Origin: Anaerolineae bacterium
Lineage (GTDB): Bacteria; Chloroflexota; Anaerolineae; Epilineales; JAHCIE01
DNA: 64,000 nt
NCBI GenBank assembly: GCA_046328505.1
Contig: JAXLWL010000004.1
Coordinates: 9,559-73,558 of the forward strand
Reading direction: 5' to 3'
Position 1 is the first letter of the stretch, and each line of letters opens with the position of its first letter. The notes below the pieces were generated by a model. It was not told where the DNA came from. It saw only the letters and a program-made list of their open reading frames with translations, and did not search any database. The translations under genes and the position numbers were made by a program. Positions 1 to 10,364 of the stretch are shown in pieces.

Positions 1-388
1 CCCCACGGGTTCTCGACGATCCCCCATACGTGATCCGACCAGGTGATGAGAATGAACAGAGCATCGATGATCCAGATGCCATAGTTCTTCAGGAACTTGG
101 GCGCGGGCCGCTTGAGGCCGACGTACTTCTGCACCACGTCATTGAGCGTGCCGAACGGGCAGAGAGCGCACCAGAAGCGCCCCATGAACACGAAAATGAT
201 GGGGATGAGCGGCCACCACAGGACCCAGGTCAACGCCGTACCCAGGTTGTCGTGAGCAGCCGACGGACCGGCGACGAGCTGGAACATAATCAGGACAAAC
301 ACAGCCGCCGTCACGGCCTGAAAGACCGAAGGGAATAGACGGCTCTTGAAGATACGCAGAACGAACGGCCTCTCAAGAAGATTGGTGC
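1..388 (-). CDS. NapH/MauN/FixG-type 4Fe-4S ferredoxin-like membrane protein, N-terminal part only (gene continues past window start)
   Basis: Minus-strand ATG at 386-388 preceded by AAGGGAG. Translation MSTNLLERPF...FWCALCPFGTL carries the CxxCPxG motif of NapH/NosR-type membrane ferredoxins plus hydrophobic helices. The reading frame is open to the window edge, so it is absent from the ORF track. Confidence 0.45.
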
Positions 389-1807
389 TCATCGGGCGCT
401 CCCTTTGGCCGCGGCGATAGCTTGATGAGCCGCCTTCACCTGCGATTCCTTAGCCATCGTCCTCTTGAGGAAGAACGCGACCGCAATCACCAGGGCGTTC
501 ACTGACCCAAAACCGCCGAGAACTAACGCCTTCGTTATCGGGTCTGTCCCACTTACCGCGGCGCCGTGCCCGCTCGCTTGCCCTCCCATATCGCCCTGGG
601 CCATCATCGCCGCGTGTCCGCCACCGGCAGCGGCATCAGACATCAGCCACACGCCGTAGAAGTCGTGCGTCACAGCGTGAGAGCCATCGCCCATCGTCTT
701 CGCGACCTGCTGTGCGGCGGCGACATTCTTATCACTGAGGGCTTTGGCCATCGGCTGGAGAGCCGCGCCGATCTTGTACACCGAGGGCGCGAGCGCCTTG
801 GGCCAGACGGTGTGGCCAACGAGGACCTCGATACGCCCTAGCTTCTCCTGGGCGATACCCAGGCTGCTATCGTCGCCCTTCTCCCATGCGGTAATCCGCG
901 TCCGCAGGTCGGTGACATTGCTCGTGAGGTCCAGATAAGCCGATTGCGTACAGGCCGCGTCTTTGACGCCCGCGGTGGTATCCAGCCAGGTGTAGAAGTC
1001 GTGAGTCAGGTCGTGCGAGGCATCGCTGAGGGGCTTCATGGCAGCCTGCGCAGCGGACGCATCCTTCGCCTTGAGAGCGTCACTCACCGGCATGAGCGCC
1101 ATGGCAATCGCTTGCACCGGCTTGGCAACCGCTTGATCCGAGGACATGTGCTGGACGAGGACTGCGATACGGTCGGCTTTCTCCTGAGCCACGCCCAGGC
1201 TGGCCTCATCCCCCTTTTGCCACTGATCCACACGCGTCTTCAAGTCCGCGATGTTCTGAGTGAGATCCAGGTAGTTGGCGTGCGGCGCCATTTCGGTGAA
1301 CTTCGCATCTTTCAGGCTTGGCAGCCACTCCCCGTAGAACGCGTGGGTGAGATCGTGGGAAGCATCTCCCAAGATTATCGCCGCGGCTTGACCACCCGTG
1401 ACATCTTTGTCCATGAGGGCCATATCCATCACCGCGACGCCCCCCTTGGCCTTGCTGATGGCTGCGTTCATGCTCTCCGGCCAGGCGACATGACTGAGCA
1501 TGGTTTGGATACGTTCCACCTTCTCCTGGGCCACGGCCATGCTCGCTTCATCACCCCTTTGCCATTGGTCCACGCGTGTCCGAAGGTCGGCGATATTGCC
1601 GGTCAGGTCGAGATAGGAGGCATGAACAGTCTCCATTGGAGCTGCAGCCGAGGCGCCTCCCACGGTCGTGCCGTGTGCAGCCATATGCCCTGAACTGCCG
1701 CCATCAGCTGAGACGGTGCTCCTAGAGATAAGGCCAAGCGTGAGTAAGAGCAGAATACCTGCTGTGGCAAGACAGAGTGCCTTGTGGTGCAAGTGCGGCG
1801 ATTTCAT
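389..1807 (-). CDS. secreted/membrane-anchored protein made of three ~140-aa repeats (YLDLTxN..DLRTR..W.KGD / SHDLTHDFY motifs), putative metal-binding helical repeat protein
   Basis: Track ORF 389..1885. Start refined to the ATG at 1807 (MKSPHLHH...), which has GGAGGA 7 nt upstream. N-terminal hydrophobic signal, C-terminal hydrophobic anchor, three internal repeats. Confidence 0.6.
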   Translation of the reverse strand: MKSPHLHHKALCLATAGILLLLTLGLISRSTVSADGGSSGHMAAHGTTVGGASAAAPMETVHASYLDLTGNIADLRTRVDQWQRGDEASMAVAQEKVERIQTMLSHVAWPESMNAAISKAKGGVAVMDMALMDKDVTGGQAAAIILGDASHDLTHAFYGEWLPSLKDAKFTEMAPHANYLDLTQNIADLKTRVDQWQKGDEASLGVAQEKADRIAVLVQHMSSDQAVAKPVQAIAMALMPVSDALKAKDASAAQAAMKPLSDASHDLTHDFYTWLDTTAGVKDAACTQSAYLDLTSNVTDLRTRITAWEKGDDSSLGIAQEKLGRIEVLVGHTVWPKALAPSVYKIGAALQPMAKALSDKNVAAAQQVAKTMGDGSHAVTHDFYGVWLMSDAAAGGGHAAMMAQGDMGGQASGHGAAVSGTDPITKALVLGGFGSVNALVIAVAFFLKRTMAKESQVKAAHQAIAAAKGSAR

Positions 1808-2633
1808 CTTGTTTCCTCCTTGATTGAGACCTGATAAGAATTGCCCGGCCGTCGAACCCGGCAGCCTTGCCGACGGTCGCGACAAACTCCTGGTTCAGCG
1901 TGTCGCGCACCTAAAGTTGCGCGATGCAATGCAGCCCGATGAATGCATTTCTCAGCTCGTTATTCAGTTGAGTGGCAAAGGGGAGAAGTCACCCTGAACG
2001 AGTTGTTGTTAGTATGAATGCTTCGGCTCCAGGTGATCAGAATTGGTGTATGTCTCGTATTATCCCGTGAACTACTGAGCGTGGCCTGATGCAAAACTGA
2101 GGGACTGCTGAGGATGTGATCGGCGGGGAATTAACGGCTGCTTGAGGGACGGCACAGCTTTTCCAACGACAGCCATGTTATACCAATTGGTGGTGACAGC
2201 GATGCATGGGGTCACGGCGTGCATCTGCCAACGGATAGGAACGGATAAGCTGTAATAGGCAGTACTTGATATGACGAATGGCAATGTACGACCAGCTCGT
2301 ATCTGCTGGAATAGCACGTTCTTTTTCAACGCGTTAGAGGTCATTTGGAAATTAGGGGAAAAGGCCAAGGCGGTTGAGACAGTGATGAGATATTTCTTGT
2401 GTTGCTGCCATGTCCTGAGGTAAGGGCACGCTCAACAGGATGGCAAACTCTGTCAGAAACTACGGTCCCCGTGGTGCTGCAATAGGAATAGTTCCGGGAC
2501 GCTGGTGTTCATCGAGACCCTCGGCGTGTTCCTCCAGCATCTTGCCGCCTAGCTGCAACTTCACTCATACTGTCTCTACATAGGCTCCAATACCATGAGG
2601 TCTCCGCCAGATGTTGACGCTACTGGGCACCAC

Positions 2634-3848
<1,215 letters not shown>

Positions 3849-4182
3849 TCGCCACTTGGCCGCTGCCGAGCAGCTCAGTGCGGCCAAATCGCTCGCAGGC
3901 GCAACCATGCCCGACGGAAGCAAGAATGAGTGAAGGGCGCCAAATTAACCCCAACGGAAAACCCGCGAGGTGGCTCCGGCTGGCTTCTCATGCGCTTCAA
4001 ACGCAACAGAGCCAACCATTGACGGTCGGCGGGGGCTTACAAACCGTCCTGATCGAGGCTAAGAGTTCCTACGATGCTGCGAGATATAAGAACGGTCGCT
4101 TGCCTATTCACGCGAGCATAGGACTTTGACGTACCCGATAATAGTTGTATACTTGAACTATTATAGAATGAGAGGGGCAGGG

Positions 4183-4635
4183 ATGGAACTCGTAGCGAAC
4201 CAGGATGTTACAGGCTTTGCGCTTCAAGAAGGAATGATCGCTCTGGTGCGGTCTCTTGGATTGCACCGGGGCGATATCACACCATGTGGCGAGCCTGTCT
4301 CAGTGGGAGAGGCCCATGCCCTGCTCGAATTGCGTCGAACCCAGCCCCTTTCACAGAATGATCTGGCTGAGCGTCTCGAGTTGGAGAAGAGCACGATCAG
4401 CCGATTGGTAGTTCAGATGGAGACGCGGGGATGGATCGAGCGGTACCGAGCGGCACCAGATCGGCGCGTGCAACATCTTTGTTTGACTGCGAGTGGGCAG
4501 AGCATCGCGGCCAGGCTAGCCGCGGCGAGACAGGACATGTTCCGACGAATCTTGGAAGCGATTCCCGACTGCCAGCGCGGAGCGGTTATCGAAGCCTTGA
4601 GAACTCTTGTGGAGGCAACGCGTGAAACCCGTTGA
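4183..4635 (+). CDS. MarR-family transcriptional regulator
   Basis: Winged-HTH signature LSQNDLAERLELEKSTISRLVVQMETRGWIER. Start is ambiguous (4126 or 4183). Confidence 0.8.
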   Translation: MELVANQDVTGFALQEGMIALVRSLGLHRGDITPCGEPVSVGEAHALLELRRTQPLSQNDLAERLELEKSTISRLVVQMETRGWIERYRAAPDRRVQHLCLTASGQSIAARLAAARQDMFRRILEAIPDCQRGAVIEALRTLVEATRETR

Positions 4636-4636
4636 G

Positions 4637-5155
4637 ATGAGGAACCCGAAGACAGTGGCAATTGTTGGCTTGGTCGCCCTTGTAGCGGCCGTGATCGCGG
4701 TCGTCACTTTGACACTGGTCAGTCATTATCGAGCAGCTGCTGTACAAGCGAGGCAAGCCGAGATCGAGGCTCGTGGCGCGGACGTCATGCCGTTCGACCA
4801 GAATCAGACACAGCATATCTTCACACCTACAGATGATGGGGGTCTGCAGCAAGTTGTCGCCAAAGACCCATCCAACCAGCAACAGATTGCCTTGATCCAG
4901 GCGCACCTGAGCGAAGAGGCGGACCGTTTCAAGCGCGGTGACTTCGCCGACCCAGCCAGCATTCATGGTCAGGACATGGCCGGCCTCAGCGAGTTGGAGA
5001 CTGGCGCCGCGAGCATCGACATCCAATACGCCCCATTACCGAATGGTGCCGAGATTCGCTACACCGCGAAAGACCCCCAGCTTGTCATGGCGCTCCACCA
5101 CTGGTTCATGGCGCAACTGGCGGACCATGGAGCACACGCCTCGATGCATCCCTAA
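4637..5155 (+). CDS. membrane-anchored hypothetical protein (N-terminal TM helix, His-rich C-terminus)
   Basis: Track ORF 4607..5155. A TM segment VAIVGLVALVAAVIAVVTLTLV follows a basic N-terminus. The gene overlaps the MarR stop, so co-transcription is likely. Confidence 0.5.
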   Translation: MRNPKTVAIVGLVALVAAVIAVVTLTLVSHYRAAAVQARQAEIEARGADVMPFDQNQTQHIFTPTDDGGLQQVVAKDPSNQQQIALIQAHLSEEADRFKRGDFADPASIHGQDMAGLSELETGAASIDIQYAPLPNGAEIRYTAKDPQLVMALHHWFMAQLADHGAHASMHP

Positions 5156-5193
5156 TGTGATGCTCACGGGCATGGTCTCAACGGTAGAGGTTC

Positions 5194-5487
5194 TCATTGG
5201 CTTAGCGCCGCATCATCCTCGACCTGGATGCGCCGAGGTCCGAGCCGCCGCTGTGTCCGTAGCTGGCGGATCCACTGCTCTTGGTCCGCGAAGACCTTCT
5301 GGTTAGGGAAGTGATGCGGGCGACGACGGCGGCTGTGGAGGCCTGAAACACCGTCCGCTTGGTAGCGACGCCACCACTTGCGTAAGGTCGGACGCGAGAT
5401 GCCACAGCGACGACAGACAAAGTCTGCATCCTGCGTTCGTTCGCAGAGCTGCACCCAGGCGAGACGTTGTTTGGTTTCCCGATCCAT
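5194..5487 (-). mobile_element. IS481-family transposase N-terminal (HTH) fragment, truncated remnant
   Basis: 97 aa (...CRRCGISRPTLRKWWRRYQADGVSGLHSRRRRPHHFP...) matches the HTH N-terminus of IS481-type transposases. The DDE catalytic domain is missing. Confidence 0.6.
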
Positions 5488-5727
5488 GCCAGGGTTCTCC
5501 CTACGGATTGAGTCGCTGGGTCTCGTGCTGGTCGGCCTGATGGCGAAGATAAGGATAGCAAGGGGCTCGTCCGTGTCAAGGGGACGCTGACGCGCCCCTG
5601 TGACGCGTCCTGCGCGCCTTGCTCTGCAACGGCTTGTGCCATCAGGCCAACCAGAGTTCCTACTCAGCGACTAGACTTGCTCCTCAGGTTGAAACCATGT
5701 TTGCGTACCCCGCATTATGGTATAGAT

Positions 5728-6051
5728 GTTCCGGTTGCGTGCCAGTTCATCGAGACACATGAACAGCGGACCGGCGAAATCGCGGCGTTTACGGGCTACT
5801 TCGCCTTCTGGCCGGCGCAAGCAGTGGATTAGGACAGGTTGGTACTCTTGGTCGTTGGAGAAATTGTCCGCAAGCCCGCCATCGTGGATGGGCAGATTGA
5901 GCCTCGCGATATGCTTTGCCTGAAAGTGGGGTTCGACCACAACGTCGTAGATGGCGCGCCGGCGGCACGTTTTGTCGAGCGCCTGGTAGAGTTGATCGAG
6001 AGCGGGCATGGGCTCGCGGAGGCGCCCTTTATGCTCGCTACCAGGGCCTAG
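5728..6051 (+). pseudogene. C-terminal fragment of a 2-oxoacid dehydrogenase E2 (dihydrolipoamide acyltransferase) catalytic domain
   Basis: Track ORF 5839..6051. ...RKPAIVDGQIEPRDMLCLKVGFDHNVVDGAPAARFVERLVELIE matches the conserved E2 C-terminus (DHRVVDGA motif). The upstream in-frame sequence is interrupted by TAG at about 5830. The minus-strand ORF 5671..6009 is antisense to it. Confidence 0.55.
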
Positions 6052-6121
6052 ACCTCGGCGCCTCGAATTAGAAGCCAGCTGGGTATAGTTTCGAGAGGGA
6101 ACACCCGAGACCGAACCTCAT

Positions 6122-6610
6122 CTACTGAGGGTTCCGGACGATCGGGTAGCCGGCGTTTTCCCAGGCAACCATGCCACCTGCCAATTGGAAAACGTTAGTG
6201 TAGCCCTGCTTGACAAGCGTTTGAGCCGCTTCTGTACTCATGCGCCCACTGCGGCAGTACAGGACGATCTTGGCATTCTTGTCGGGCGGCAGCTTATCCA
6301 GATGGCTACCGATCTCATTGTACGGAATTGAAACGTCCGTTTGGGCAATATCCCCCTCGTAGGGGATGTGGACATTCACGAAGGCAAAGTCCTTCTGCCC
6401 AAGCATAGCCTGGAGTTCCTTCGGGCTAACGTCGGTATAGGTTCCGCCCTGCGCGGTTACCAGCTTCCCAATGCTTGCCCCCGACTGTGTAGACGTCGTG
6501 GAGCTGGACAATCCTGATTGCGTGCATGATGCAAGAACAACCGCTCCAAGAACCGCGACGAGACAAAGAAGCCACGAGCGCATCATCCTGTCCCCTTTCG
6601 GTAACGGCAA
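6122..6610 (-). CDS. rhodanese-domain sulfurtransferase lipoprotein
   Basis: Signal peptide with lipobox (VLASCTQ). Rhodanese active-site region KIVLYCRSGRMSTEAAQTLVKQGYTNVFQLAGGMVAW. Confidence 0.8.
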   Translation of the reverse strand: MPLPKGDRMMRSWLLCLVAVLGAVVLASCTQSGLSSSTTSTQSGASIGKLVTAQGGTYTDVSPKELQAMLGQKDFAFVNVHIPYEGDIAQTDVSIPYNEIGSHLDKLPPDKNAKIVLYCRSGRMSTEAAQTLVKQGYTNVFQLAGGMVAWENAGYPIVRNPQ

Positions 6611-6670
6611 GTATCCGATCCTCTTGTACTCGCGATGAAAGGCGAAGTGAGTTACTTCGACCTACCTGCA

Positions 6671-6940
6671 TCAGCGTTGGAGTGTTTCGCGCATTTCCTC
6701 ATACTCCGCTTTGGTGATCTCGCCGCGGGCATAGCGGCTCTTCAGAATGTCGAGAGCGCTACTCCCTGCTGCGGATGCCGAACTGGTCGAGCCCGTCGAT
6801 GTATTGGAACCACCACCCGCAAAAGCTCGGACCGCCAGAATGAGCAAGACAATTAGCCCGCCCCAGAAGAGCACCATCATCAAGCCTCCCATCATCATCC
6901 ATCCCCAGCCCCACCCGGTTCCAAATCCCATCATGTTCAA
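6671..6940 (-). CDS. SHOCT-domain small membrane protein (Met/Trp-rich N-terminus)
   Basis: C-terminus LDILKSRYARGEITKAEYEEMRETL is the SHOCT motif. N-terminus MNMMGFGTGWGWGWMMMGGLMMVLF, TM segment. Confidence 0.7.
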   Translation of the reverse strand: MNMMGFGTGWGWGWMMMGGLMMVLFWGGLIVLLILAVRAFAGGGSNTSTGSTSSASAAGSSALDILKSRYARGEITKAEYEEMRETLQR

Positions 6941-7091
6941 TCTCCTTTACGACTAACATCAGATCCAAACCTGAGCGACATGGCGACTTGCCCGCACTGT
7001 CACGTGCCTCATAGGAAGATGTGCCCAGTCTCTCGACTGAAAATACAGCGCCAAGAGACCGGGCTTTTGTCTCCGCCAACCGGTGTAGACG

Positions 7092-7835
7092 TTACTCGAT
7101 ACCGTACCAGGATTTCAGGTACCCGCGCATCTCAGCGATTTCGGCGGTCTGGGCTGCGACGATGCTCTGAGCGAGGCTCTTGATCTCCTGATGCTCTGCC
7201 TTGCCTAGCGCGACGTTCGCCATGTCGATGGCGCCCTCGTGGTGCGGGATCATCATCTGCATGAACATGCGGTCGGCGTCGAAGTTGCCGCCCATCATCT
7301 GGGCCATGTCGTCGTCATCCATCATGCCGTTACCCATCATGCCGCCCATCATCCCACCCATCATGCCCCAGCCTGAAGTGGATGTCTGCGGAGCGTTGGG
7401 GTACCATTGCTTCCGCCAGTCCTGCATTTGAGCAATCTCACGCTGTTGGGCTGTGATGATGCGCTGGGCCAGGTCATCCATCTCGGGACGGGCAGAGTTC
7501 TCGACCATGTGCTGCGTCATGAGCACGCCCATCTGGTGATGCGCAATCATCTGGTCCAGAAACTGGAGGTCATACGGCTGGCTGGACGCTGTGCTGCCCG
7601 AACCTGTACCGAGCCTACCACCCATCATGCCGCCGGTACCACGGTTGCCCATCATCCCCCCGGCGCCCCGGTTCCCCATCATGCCACCGCTGCCCCAATT
7701 GCCCATCATGCCGCCGTTGCCCCAGTTACCCATGGGGCCTTGCGCCAGGGCAACCGTCGTCAGGCCGACGACCAGGGCGAGCACTGTGAGGCCAGCAGCG
7801 AGAATACCCAGTATTCGAAGCTTCATCTCAATCAT
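7092..7835 (-). CDS. DUF305-family secreted protein with Met/Gly-rich repeats (copper-resistance associated)
   Basis: N-terminal signal/TM. Four repeats of GGMMGN[WR]G. Two DUF305 half-domains (DLQFLDQMIAHHQMGVLM and DRMFMQMMIPHHEGAIDMA, each ending ...WY). Confidence 0.8.
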   Translation of the reverse strand: MIEMKLRILGILAAGLTVLALVVGLTTVALAQGPMGNWGNGGMMGNWGSGGMMGNRGAGGMMGNRGTGGMMGGRLGTGSGSTASSQPYDLQFLDQMIAHHQMGVLMTQHMVENSARPEMDDLAQRIITAQQREIAQMQDWRKQWYPNAPQTSTSGWGMMGGMMGGMMGNGMMDDDDMAQMMGGNFDADRMFMQMMIPHHEGAIDMANVALGKAEHQEIKSLAQSIVAAQTAEIAEMRGYLKSWYGIE

Positions 7836-7953
7836 CCTCTCTCGATCATTGACAGGCGCGTGCGCCGTGTGAGCTATCTACTCGCAGTGTAACATAGCAA
7901 CATCAAGAGAAGATGCGCAGAATGCTCAAGATTTGGTCAAGATTGTGGAACTG

Positions 7954-9075
7954 CTACGAGGCTATGGGTAGACTGAAAGAGAAGGTTGCACCCTGTCCGG
8001 GGCCGGCGCTATCTGCCCAAATGCGTCCACCCTGGGCCTCAATAAGCGCTTTGGCAATGGTCAGTCCGATACCGCTGCCGCCGAGCGCGCGCGAGCGGGC
8101 TTTGTCAACGCGGTAGAAACGCTCGAACAGATGGGGGAGATGCTCTGCCGGGATGCCGATACCGGTGTCGGTGATGTGAAACACGACCATGTTAGCACTT
8201 CGCTCTGCGCTGACGCCTACACTGCCGCCGGACGGCGTATAGCGCAAGGCATTGCCAAGCAAGTTGATCGAAACCTGGATGACACGGTCTGCGTCGGCGG
8301 TGACACGCGGTAGGTCTGTCGGAACCGCGCGGGTCACACGGATGCCTTTGTCGCTGAACTGGCTCTCCATCCGCGCCAGGGCATGGGTCACAAGCTCGGC
8401 TGGTGGATGCGGCTGGATATGCAGGGGAAGCTGGCGAGCTTCCGCACGGGATAACTCCTGCAGCTCCTGGACCAGTCGGCGCAGCCGCCCCACCTCGTTA
8501 TGCAGCATCGCCCAGGTCTCGGCGCTCGGCTCGACGACACCATCGAGTAGCCCTTCAGTGTAGCCTTCCAGTGTCGCGAGGGGAGTCCTTAGCTCGTGGG
8601 CGACATCCCCAATCAGAGCGACGCGGCGACGCTCGGTGGCTTCCAATTCCTCCGCCATGATGTTGAACTGCTCGGCCAGTGCCCCCAACTCGTCGTCCGC
8701 GCTCACAGGGACGCGCTCGGTATAATGCCCAGCCGCGATACGCCGGCTGGCCTGAACCAACCTTTGAAGAGGTGTGACGATTCGCGCGGAGACGACAAAG
8801 CTGATCGCTATGGCAGCCACCGTTGCCGCACTTGTACTGATGACGAGGGCCTGGAGCATGGCTGTTTGGAAGGCCTGGGCCGTCGTTTGTTGCGCGCCCG
8901 CCATCATGCCTCCCATCATGTTCATACCAGGCCCCATCATGCGTCCCATCACCCGATCAAAAAGCGTTGGTCCAATGGCTAGCGTCGCCACGACCAGCGT
9001 TACCACTCCCACGGCAATGACCAACAGGTGTGCGAACAACAGACGCGTGTGGAGGGACGAGCCCGTCGCAGCCAT
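7954..9075 (-). CDS. sensor histidine kinase (HAMP-HisKA-HATPase) with Met-rich extracytoplasmic segment
   Basis: H-box HELRTPLATLEGY. G-boxes DTGIGIP and GGSGIGLTIAKAL. Sensor region MGRMMGPGMNMMGGMMAG. Start chosen at the internal ATG (MAATGSS...) adjacent to the regulator stop. Confidence 0.8.
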   Translation of the reverse strand: MAATGSSLHTRLLFAHLLVIAVGVVTLVVATLAIGPTLFDRVMGRMMGPGMNMMGGMMAGAQQTTAQAFQTAMLQALVISTSAATVAAIAISFVVSARIVTPLQRLVQASRRIAAGHYTERVPVSADDELGALAEQFNIMAEELEATERRRVALIGDVAHELRTPLATLEGYTEGLLDGVVEPSAETWAMLHNEVGRLRRLVQELQELSRAEARQLPLHIQPHPPAELVTHALARMESQFSDKGIRVTRAVPTDLPRVTADADRVIQVSINLLGNALRYTPSGGSVGVSAERSANMVVFHITDTGIGIPAEHLPHLFERFYRVDKARSRALGGSGIGLTIAKALIEAQGGRIWADSAGPGQGATFSFSLPIAS

Positions 9076-9079
9076 GTCT

Positions 9080-9790
9080 CTATCCTCCCTGCGCCGCAAA
9101 TCGGTAACCGACACCGCGAATTGTCTGGATGTAGCGAGGTGCACCTGGGTCGTCGCCGAGCTTCTTGCGCAGATTAGCAACATGAACGTCAACCACGTGG
9201 TCATCGCCGAAGTAAGTGGCGCCCCACACCTGCTCCAGGAGCTGATTGCGGGTGAACGCTCGGCCCGGGTACGATGCCAGCGTTGTTAGAAGGTTGAACT
9301 CCAGCGGCGTGAGGGAAACGGGCTGACCCGCGAGGGTTACCTCGCGGCGTATCTGGTCGATCAACAGGTCGCCGAACCGCTGGGGCGACGGAACCTCGGG
9401 CAGGGTGTTCGAGCCGTGGCGCGGCCGTCGGAGCATGGCGCGAACGCGCGCGACCAGCTCGCGCGGCGAGAACGGCTTGGTAAGGTAATCGTCGGCGCCC
9501 ACCTCCAGCCCAATGACGCGGTCATATTCCTCGGACTTGGCTGTGAGCATGATGACGTATGCGTCGGAGAAGGTGCGAAGCCGACGGCAGACCTCCAGCC
9601 CATCTAGGACAGGTAACATCAGGTCGAGGATGACGACCAAAGGCGCGTGCTGACGCGCCAACTCGATGGCCGCCAGACCGTCATTGGCGGTCAGGACGGC
9701 GAAGCCCTCGTGTTCGAGATAGCTTCGCACCAGGTCGCGGAGGGGCGGCTCGTCGTCCACCACCAGGATTGTGGGCTGAGTATTCGTCAT
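9080..9790 (-). CDS. OmpR-family response regulator
   Basis: Receiver domain (ILVVDDEPPLR, D in LVVILDLMLP, ...TAKSEE) followed by a winged-helix C-terminus (RVHVANLRKKL...GVGYRF). Confidence 0.9.
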   Translation of the reverse strand: MTNTQPTILVVDDEPPLRDLVRSYLEHEGFAVLTANDGLAAIELARQHAPLVVILDLMLPVLDGLEVCRRLRTFSDAYVIMLTAKSEEYDRVIGLEVGADDYLTKPFSPRELVARVRAMLRRPRHGSNTLPEVPSPQRFGDLLIDQIRREVTLAGQPVSLTPLEFNLLTTLASYPGRAFTRNQLLEQVWGATYFGDDHVVDVHVANLRKKLGDDPGAPRYIQTIRGVGYRFAAQGG

Positions 9791-9830
9791 GGAATGTAGG
9801 GTCGCGGGAGATTTCGCCATTGACCAGTAT

Positions 9831-9859
9831 CTCCAATTGTTTTATACTCTGTTTTATCA
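9831..9859 (+). promoter_or_regulatory. sigma70-like promoter TTGACC-17-TATACT upstream of the blaI/copY-like gene, with a TGTTTTAT direct repeat overlapping the -10
   Basis: TTGACC at 9831-9836, TATACT at 9854-9859. TGTTTTAT occurs at 9849-9856 and again at 9861-9868. AT-rich island within GC-rich DNA. Confidence 0.4.
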
Positions 9860-9917
9860 TCTGTCAAATAGCCGCCTCAATTCCCGGATGAACTCAGTGA
9901 AAGAAAGTAGGACGAGC

Positions 9918-10343
9918 ATGACCAAGCCCATCCCTGTCCAGGCGTTTCGGCTTGATCAACACGGCTTAATGCGGTTCTTTGGGGAACTGGAAGCGCGTGT
10001 CATGGATGTGATGTGGGATCTGGAGGAGGCCCCGATCCAGGATGTGTGCGACCGGCTTGGCGAATGCAACTATCTCACCGTCACCACGGTCATGAACCGT
10101 CTTGTGTACAAAAATGTCCTGCAACGATGGCGGGTCGGTAAGGTGTACTTCTACGCCCCTGTCCAGACGCGGGAGGAGTTTCTCCAGAGCGTGTCGCATC
10201 AGGTCGTGCAGAGCCTTGTCAAGGATTTCGGGAAGCTGGCGATAAGCCAGTTCTCCGATGTGATTGATGACCTAACCTCCGAAGACCTGGCGGCGTTGGA
10301 ACAGGCCATCCACGAAGCCCGACAGAAAGCAATCCGTCGTTAG
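9918..10343 (+). CDS. BlaI/MecI/CopY-family transcriptional repressor
   Basis: Track ORF 9789..10343. Start refined to MTKPIPVQ.... Winged-helix N-terminus (LMRFFGELEARVMDVMWDLEE...TVTTVMNRLVYKNVLQR). Confidence 0.75.
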   Translation: MTKPIPVQAFRLDQHGLMRFFGELEARVMDVMWDLEEAPIQDVCDRLGECNYLTVTTVMNRLVYKNVLQRWRVGKVYFYAPVQTREEFLQSVSHQVVQSLVKDFGKLAISQFSDVIDDLTSEDLAALEQAIHEARQKAIRR

Positions 10344-10364
10344 GCAGACACGGAGTTAGCATTC

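Noticed and set aside
944-1693. 249-aa plus-strand ORF inside the triple-repeat protein gene (with 465..659, 566..841 and 744..938)
   Set aside because: Antisense to a well-supported gene. High-GC genomes generate long spurious antisense ORFs. No motifs.
1911-2600. About 700 bp lower-GC non-coding stretch with small ORF 2072..2368
   Set aside because: No RBS or start context, no motif, and no RNA-gene-like structure recognised. It may be a decayed remnant. It was searched for tRNA-like cloverleaf features and none were evident.
5671-6009. 112-aa minus-strand ORF
   Set aside because: The opposite strand carries a recognisable E2 acyltransferase C-terminal fragment. This ORF is its antisense shadow.
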